Assembly: GCA_965541585.1 (NCBI GenBank)
Contig: CBEUCH010000006.1
Coordinates: 64,001-128,000, forward strand
DNA: 64,000 nt
Reading direction: 5' to 3'
Origin: an uncultured bacterium
GTDB taxonomy: Bacteria > Zixibacteria > MSB-5A5 > UBA10806
Part shown: in pieces, positions 58,514 through 64,000 of the stretch
Layout of the letters: every line of letters starts with the position of its first letter
Position numbering within the stretch: the stretch's first letter is position 1
Position numbers and translations under genes: made by a program
The notes under the pieces: generated by a model
Told to the model about the DNA's origin: nothing
Databases searched by the model: none
What the model saw: the letters and a program-made list of their open reading frames with translations, nothing else

Positions 58514-61300
58514 ATGTCTGGGATGTTCTCAAATCGGTACTTCAGATCGTATCTGCTAGCCCTGCTTGCTTTAATTTTTTCATCGGGTTGCGTCTATTAC
58601 AACACCTTCTTCGTGGCCAGGAAGAAATTCAAAGAGGCTGAAAAGAACCAGGCGCAAAATGCGGAGAACAGAAGGAATCAGCAAATCCCGCCGAGTCAGC
58701 CCCGTGGGGCAGGTAGAAAACAAGGGAAAGACAATGTTGGAGGGCGCGGCGGCAGTTCCCCGGGCTTATTCACAACCAAGGTCTCCCCGCAGGTGAGAAT
58801 CCTATACGAGGACGCTATCAAGAAGGCCAGCAAGGTCCTGAGATTCCACCCGGATTCGAAATGGGTCGATGATGCGCTCTGGCTGATCGGCAAATCTTAT
58901 TACAACATGGGCGATTATCGTCAGGCCGATAGAAAATTCAAAGAGCTGGTAACCAACCACCCGGAATCGAAATTTGCAGAAGATTCCTTTTACCATAAAG
59001 GCCTGTGTCAGATCGAGCTGGGGCACAACGACCTGGCTATGGAGGCGTTCGGTAGAATCGAGGAAGATTCCGAGGAGAGCAAGTATATCGATGATATTTA
59101 CTTTGTCAGGGGAAGAATAGCAAAAGATGGCGAGAGATATATCGAGGCTGTCGATCTTTTCAACCTCTATCTTGAAAAATATGCCGGGGAGGATTCCGCC
59201 GCCAGGGCTAAGTATTATATTGGCGAGTGTACGGAACAGCTTGGTAGTTATTACGAAGCCTATTCCGCCTACTCCGAGGTTAGCAAGTACAAGCCTTCCA
59301 GGGAGTTAAGGTTCGATGCAGCCCTTGCTTCGGCCTCCGCCATTTTGAAGACGGATTCGGTTTCCAGAGGCATGGAGATTCTAAAGAACCTGGCGAAGGA
59401 TGAAAGATATTTTGAACAGTCGGCCCGGATTTGCCTAAAAATCGCCGAGGGTCACTATCTTCAGGGCCGGATAGAGGAAGCTATTGTTGAATATAACCAG
59501 ATTACCGAGAAAAGCCCCAAAACTCTTGAGGCTGCTGAAGCTTATTATCGTCTGGGCTTGATTTACCAGAATGATCTGTTCGACTTAGAAAAAGCCAAAG
59601 ACTCATTTTCCAAAGCTCAAACCGAAAACCCGTCCTCGGAATTCCGCAACCTGGCGCTGGCCAGATCGGCCCAGATCGCCAAGCTCGAATCCTACCAAGC
59701 TCAGCTTCAAAAGGCGGATTCCATCAGGGTAGCAGAGCAGTTGGGGGACCGGCATCTTGAGGACGCCCACGATACTTCAAGCGGCACTCAAATATCAGGG
59801 GAGGACATTACAGGAATCGAGGAATCGAGGGATAGCTCTTTCGTAGGACCGGAGTTGTCCGAGGTGGATCCGGCCACAGAAAAATCAGTTGAGATCTTTA
59901 CCGTCCCGGTTGAAACCATTGGCGAGATTGTGGATGTCATTGATAGCGCAGATACAGTTCCGGCTCTGCCGGAGGATTCTGCTTCGGTCGATATAGGTGA
60001 GTTTTATACAGTGCCGCTCGATACCACCGGTGGGATGCTGACTACTCCTGATAGCGCCGATACTGCTCCGGCTCTGCCAGAGGATTCCGCTTCGGTCGAT
60101 ATAGGCGAGTTTTATACAGTGCCGCTCGATACCACCGGTGGGATGCTGACTACTCCTGATAGCGCCGATACTGCCATGACGGCTATTGGGCCGGATAGTC
60201 TGGGTCTCGAAGGTCCTGGTTTTTCCGAAGCAGAAGCCCGGAGGAGATCCCTGGAAGATTCTGTGAAGGCTGCAGAGGCAGCCAGGCAGGAAAAATATAA
60301 AAGGGATAAAATTGCACAGGATAGAATAAAGCAAGAGATAGTAAAGACTGGTATCGAGACAAGATTTCTCCTGGCCGAACTTTATGCATATGAATTGAAC
60401 CGTCCCGACTCGGCGCTTCGCGAATATCTTCTCATCGCGGATCAGCATCCCGGCTCTGAATACGCCCCCAGAGGTCTACTGGCCTGCGCAACCCTTGAGA
60501 TCGAACAAGGCGATTCAACCGCCGGCGGAGAATATCTTCAGCGTCTAATTGAGGATTATCCGCGATCACCCCAGGCGGTAGCGGGGGCCGGTTTGCTGGG
60601 CTACCAACTGGATCTTTCCCAGAACGCTATGGGGCTTTACTCTAAGGCTGAAAGTCTGGCTTTTGACGGCAGCGATCTCGATTCCGCAGTTACACTGTTT
60701 CGTTATATCTCGGAAAATTTTCCGGATCTCGCACCGAAAGCCTCTTATGCGGTAGCGTGGACGTACGATCGGTATCAGGAGGATGAAGACAGCTCGGCCT
60801 ACTATGCTTACGAATCTGTAAGCAGACAATACCCCCAATCGGTTTATGCGGCCGCTGCCAAGGATAGGATGGGGTTGATGGCAAAACCTGGCAGAAGAAG
60901 AGGTACGCCTCCACAAGAGAAACGGGAGGAGGCAGAGGTCGTCAAAGCCGATCCTGATTCTCTGCGAATGATCGCCCAGGGCCTGCCCCCGGCTCCGGCG
61001 GTTAAAGATCTGGCCGAGTTCGTTTATCCCCAGAGCCTGCTAAACAGGCGTTTAAAGGGAGAGGTGCTGTTTAAAATAAAGATAAATCTCTTCGGAAAGG
61101 TCGAGGAATACGAGATAATCGGCCCCTCCGGTGAGTACGCAATCGATTCAGCGGCCACGGCGTCGCTTCTGGATACCGAATTCGACACCTCCGATCTCGA
61201 TCTCTCCAAGCTTGATAAGTATTATAAATACAGCATCGGATTTGAACGACCCGACATCAATATATTTAATGATCCCTATATTGAAGAACGCAGGCAGTGA
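58514..61300 (+). CDS. TPR-repeat lipoprotein (PorW/SprE-like N-terminus) with C-terminal TonB_C-like domain
   Basis: Lipobox SSGC-VYYNTF; many TPR motifs; YP......KGEV...I...G.V....I...SG...ID.AA. Confidence 0.8.
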   Translation: MSGMFSNRYFRSYLLALLALIFSSGCVYYNTFFVARKKFKEAEKNQAQNAENRRNQQIPPSQPRGAGRKQGKDNVGGRGGSSPGLFTTKVSPQVRILYEDAIKKASKVLRFHPDSKWVDDALWLIGKSYYNMGDYRQADRKFKELVTNHPESKFAEDSFYHKGLCQIELGHNDLAMEAFGRIEEDSEESKYIDDIYFVRGRIAKDGERYIEAVDLFNLYLEKYAGEDSAARAKYYIGECTEQLGSYYEAYSAYSEVSKYKPSRELRFDAALASASAILKTDSVSRGMEILKNLAKDERYFEQSARICLKIAEGHYLQGRIEEAIVEYNQITEKSPKTLEAAEAYYRLGLIYQNDLFDLEKAKDSFSKAQTENPSSEFRNLALARSAQIAKLESYQAQLQKADSIRVAEQLGDRHLEDAHDTSSGTQISGEDITGIEESRDSSFVGPELSEVDPATEKSVEIFTVPVETIGEIVDVIDSADTVPALPEDSASVDIGEFYTVPLDTTGGMLTTPDSADTAPALPEDSASVDIGEFYTVPLDTTGGMLTTPDSADTAMTAIGPDSLGLEGPGFSEAEARRRSLEDSVKAAEAARQEKYKRDKIAQDRIKQEIVKTGIETRFLLAELYAYELNRPDSALREYLLIADQHPGSEYAPRGLLACATLEIEQGDSTAGGEYLQRLIEDYPRSPQAVAGAGLLGYQLDLSQNAMGLYSKAESLAFDGSDLDSAVTLFRYISENFPDLAPKASYAVAWTYDRYQEDEDSSAYYAYESVSRQYPQSVYAAAAKDRMGLMAKPGRRRGTPPQEKREEAEVVKADPDSLRMIAQGLPPAPAVKDLAEFVYPQSLLNRRLKGEVLFKIKINLFGKVEEYEIIGPSGEYAIDSAATASLLDTEFDTSDLDLSKLDKYYKYSIGFERPDINIFNDPYIEERRQ
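59941..60174. repeat. Intragenic 108-bp (36-aa) tandem repeat, about 2.2 copies
   Basis: TGATAGCGC recurs at 59941, 60049 and 60157. Confidence 0.92.
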
Positions 61301-62130
61301 CCTTGAAGAAATTTTCAGATTACTATCCGCTCTCGAAAAAAGAGAAGATCTCACCATCGATACTTAAATTCACATTTGAGGCCGGCGATATTGCAAAATC
61401 CACAAATCCCGGGCAGTTTATACAGGTCAGGACATCCGGAGATTATTTTCCGCTCTGGCCGCGGCCGTTCTCTATCTACGATGCCGATCCTGCGAGCGGA
61501 GAACTCTCGATTATTTTCAAGGTATTCGGATGTGGGACATCGCAACTGGCGGAAATGTGCGAAGGTCAGGAGGCACTCATATTGGGGCCGTTAGGAAACG
61601 GCTTTCATCCATTGGAGCACGAGCCGGGAGTCATTATGGCGGCGGGCGGAATAGGCCTGCCGCCATTATCTTTATTGGCCAGGAGATCTGTCCAGAGCGG
61701 CTACCCTGCAGAGCGGATTACATTCATATCGGGGGCCAGAACCAGGGACGATCTTTTCAATGATGCGGAATCAGGCGAACTCGGTATTGATCTTCACAAC
61801 TGCACTGATGACGGTAGTTTCGGCGACAGGGGCACCGTGGTGGATTTACTCGAAAAGGAGCTTGAAAAGGCTCGGGATCGAATCGTATATGCCTGCGGCC
61901 CCGTGGCCATGCTGGAGAAGATCGACAGGATGCTCGTAGATAAAGGCATGGCGGGCTATCTGTCGCTGGAGGCATTGATGCCGTGCGGTTATGGAATCTG
62001 TAGCGGCTGCGCGGTAAAGGTAACTCCTGCGGAAGACAGGGGTCCGACGGATGATAATCGAGAATTTCACCTGCAGCGGGTCTGTGTCGAGGGTCCTGTT
62101 TTTAAGGCCGGGGAGGTGATCTGGCAATAG
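61297..62130 (+). CDS. pyrK: Dihydroorotate dehydrogenase electron transfer subunit
   Basis: RPFSI, GPLGNGF, GGIGLPP, CGP..M, CGYGICSGC...CVEGPVF. Confidence 0.95.
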   Translation: MTLKKFSDYYPLSKKEKISPSILKFTFEAGDIAKSTNPGQFIQVRTSGDYFPLWPRPFSIYDADPASGELSIIFKVFGCGTSQLAEMCEGQEALILGPLGNGFHPLEHEPGVIMAAGGIGLPPLSLLARRSVQSGYPAERITFISGARTRDDLFNDAESGELGIDLHNCTDDGSFGDRGTVVDLLEKELEKARDRIVYACGPVAMLEKIDRMLVDKGMAGYLSLEALMPCGYGICSGCAVKVTPAEDRGPTDDNREFHLQRVCVEGPVFKAGEVIWQ

Positions 62131-63044
62131 ACGTAAATCTCGCCGTTGATGTCGCGGGTCTTCGTTTGAAAAATCCCATCCTGACCGCCTCGGGCTGTTT
62201 CGCTTACGGCGAGGAGGCCTCAGAGATATTCGATATTTCCTTGCTGGGAGGTATTGTTACAAAATCCCTGACCTACCTGCCGAGGGAGGGACACCCTCCG
62301 CCCAAGGTATGCGAGACCGACGCCGGTATGTTGAACGCCATCGGGCTTTCCAATGTCGGGATAGACAGATTCTTAAGCGAAAAACTTCGGTTCCTGTCGA
62401 AAAAAGATACAGCGTGCATCGTAAGTATCGCCGGATCAACAGTGGACGAATATATACGCCTGGCGGAGATCCTTGCCGGCTGCGATGAGGTTCCTGCGAT
62501 AGAGGTTAATATTTCCTGCCCCAATGTCGACGAGGGGGGGCTGGAATTCGGCGCGTACAGCGAGCCCGCCGGCCGCGTCATAGGCCAGGTCAGGAAGCGG
62601 TTTCCCCGAACCCTGATTGCGAAGCTATCTCCTAACGTGACCGATATAGTCGAGATAGCAAATAGTGTTGTCGACAACGGGGCCGACGCGGTTTCGTTGA
62701 TCAATACAATTGTCGGAACGGCAATAGATATCGATAAGAAAACCTTCAAGCTCTCAAATACATTTGGAGGCTTATCGGGTCCGGCGATCCGTCCGATAGC
62801 GCTGGCCATGGTCTACAGGGTGGCGGGCTCTATCGATGTCCCTGTTATAGGTATCGGGGGTATAACCACAACCTCGGACGCCGTGGAATTCTTTCTCGCC
62901 GGCGCCAAAGCCGTTCAAGTGGGAACCGCCTGTTTCATCGATCCCGGGGCTCCTCTTAATATCATAGAGGGCCTCCGCAATTATCTTATCAGCCAGGGCG
63001 AAGACGATATAAACAATATTATTGGAACCGTTAAACCACTGTGA
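62121..63044 (+). CDS. pyrD: Dihydroorotate dehydrogenase catalytic subunit (family 1B)
   Basis: KNP...ASG, NAIGL.N, NISCPN, KLSPN, INT, GGLSG; N-terminus probably extends upstream of TTG 62166. Confidence 0.96.
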   Translation: MAIDVNLAVDVAGLRLKNPILTASGCFAYGEEASEIFDISLLGGIVTKSLTYLPREGHPPPKVCETDAGMLNAIGLSNVGIDRFLSEKLRFLSKKDTACIVSIAGSTVDEYIRLAEILAGCDEVPAIEVNISCPNVDEGGLEFGAYSEPAGRVIGQVRKRFPRTLIAKLSPNVTDIVEIANSVVDNGADAVSLINTIVGTAIDIDKKTFKLSNTFGGLSGPAIRPIALAMVYRVAGSIDVPVIGIGGITTTSDAVEFFLAGAKAVQVGTACFIDPGAPLNIIEGLRNYLISQGEDDINNIIGTVKPL

Positions 63045-63955
63045 TATTTAGAGAAAAGCTGCTCGAAGCCTCGAGAAAAAATGAAAGCTGGCTGTGCATC
63101 GGTCTCGATCCGGATACGGCAAAGCTCCCCGATATTTCCGGCTCCGGGCCCGAGGCCGTTTTGAAATTCAACCGCGCCGTTATTGAATCTACTACGGATC
63201 TGGTATGTGCCTACAAACCGAATGCGGCATTCTATGAATGCATGGGGGCCGCAGGCCTGGAGATATTGAAAGAAACTATAAAATCAATCCCCGATCATAT
63301 TCCGGTAATCCTTGATTTCAAGAGGGGCGATATCGGTAATACCGCCGCCATGTATGCCAGGTCCGCATTCGAGAATCTTCGTGCGGACGCTGTCACGGTG
63401 AATCCATATCTCGGTAGAGATTCCATCGAGCCGTTCGTCAACTATCGGGAAAAGGGCACCTTTGTGCTTTGCCTGACATCTAATCCATCGTCATCGGATA
63501 TCCAGAGGCAGTTGATGCTCCTGGAAGATCCCCCTGAGGGCGGGCGGATGCCGCCACAATCGAAGGCAAAAAAGTTTGCTGAATTCTTCAAGTCATCAAC
63601 GCAACCGCTGTACTCATATATTGCAGGCCTCGCTGTGGAATGGAACGGCCATGGAAATGTCGGTCTTGTTGTAGGTGCTACCTCCCATAAAGAGTTGAAG
63701 CAAATACGTGAGACAATTGGAGAAAATATGCCCATATTAATACCTGGCGTCGGGGCGCAGGGAGGAGATCTGGAGAGATCTGTCATTTACGGCTCCAATT
63801 CAAACGGTGAGATGGCAATAATAAATGTTGCCAGAGGTATAATATACGCATGGAGAGATGAATCTCTTTTTCAATCAGAGGTTCGTGATGCCGCTGAATC
63901 ATTCAAGCGGCAGATTACCGAAGCGGCCGCAGGGAAAATGGGATCGAAACGCTAA
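63041..63955 (+). CDS. pyrF: Orotidine-5'-phosphate decarboxylase (subfamily 2)
   Basis: GLDP, YKPN, DFKRGDIGNT, TSNP, VVGAT, PGVGAQGG. Confidence 0.96.
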   Translation: MIFREKLLEASRKNESWLCIGLDPDTAKLPDISGSGPEAVLKFNRAVIESTTDLVCAYKPNAAFYECMGAAGLEILKETIKSIPDHIPVILDFKRGDIGNTAAMYARSAFENLRADAVTVNPYLGRDSIEPFVNYREKGTFVLCLTSNPSSSDIQRQLMLLEDPPEGGRMPPQSKAKKFAEFFKSSTQPLYSYIAGLAVEWNGHGNVGLVVGATSHKELKQIRETIGENMPILIPGVGAQGGDLERSVIYGSNSNGEMAIINVARGIIYAWRDESLFQSEVRDAAESFKRQITEAAAGKMGSKR

Positions 63956-64000
63956 TGGTTGAGAAATCCACATTCTCCTGATATTATTTTTCCGTCCATA

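Overview
64-kb bacterial chromosomal segment. Gene content (group II GGGP synthase, DUF3098 protein, LytR_C-rsfS, split GlmU, PorW/SprE-like TPR lipoprotein) suggests an FCB-superphylum organism such as a Zixibacteria-like lineage (inference only). The left half is mostly accessory or metabolic: an AT-rich pol-beta nucleotidyltransferase, an HDOD protein, a transglutaminase, CBS/cystathionine lyase, peptidases, a probable 6S RNA, an internally deleted DASS transporter, an anticodon-less AsnRS paralog with a structured leader, an LKR/SDH pair, methyltransferases, a DUF362/metallophosphoesterase membrane operon and a matrixin-FG-GAP protease module. At 31.0-32.0 kb a tRNA-Val/tRNA-Asp locus holds two identical 359-bp units. 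Each is a pseudo-tRNA-Asp 5' segment whose anticodon arm is exactly replaced by a TCCCGACC/GGTCGGGA palindrome, followed by a small GIY-YIG nuclease gene; this is the best candidate for an undescribed mobile or selfish system. The right half is mostly core genes: a surface polysaccharide locus, gmhA, GGGPS, alaS, ygeY, rho, rsfS, a glmU-like gene, panD, an uncharacterised four-gene DUF6754-type membrane operon, a TPR/TonB-C lipoprotein and pyrK-pyrD-pyrF. All family calls come from motif recognition by eye, not database searches.
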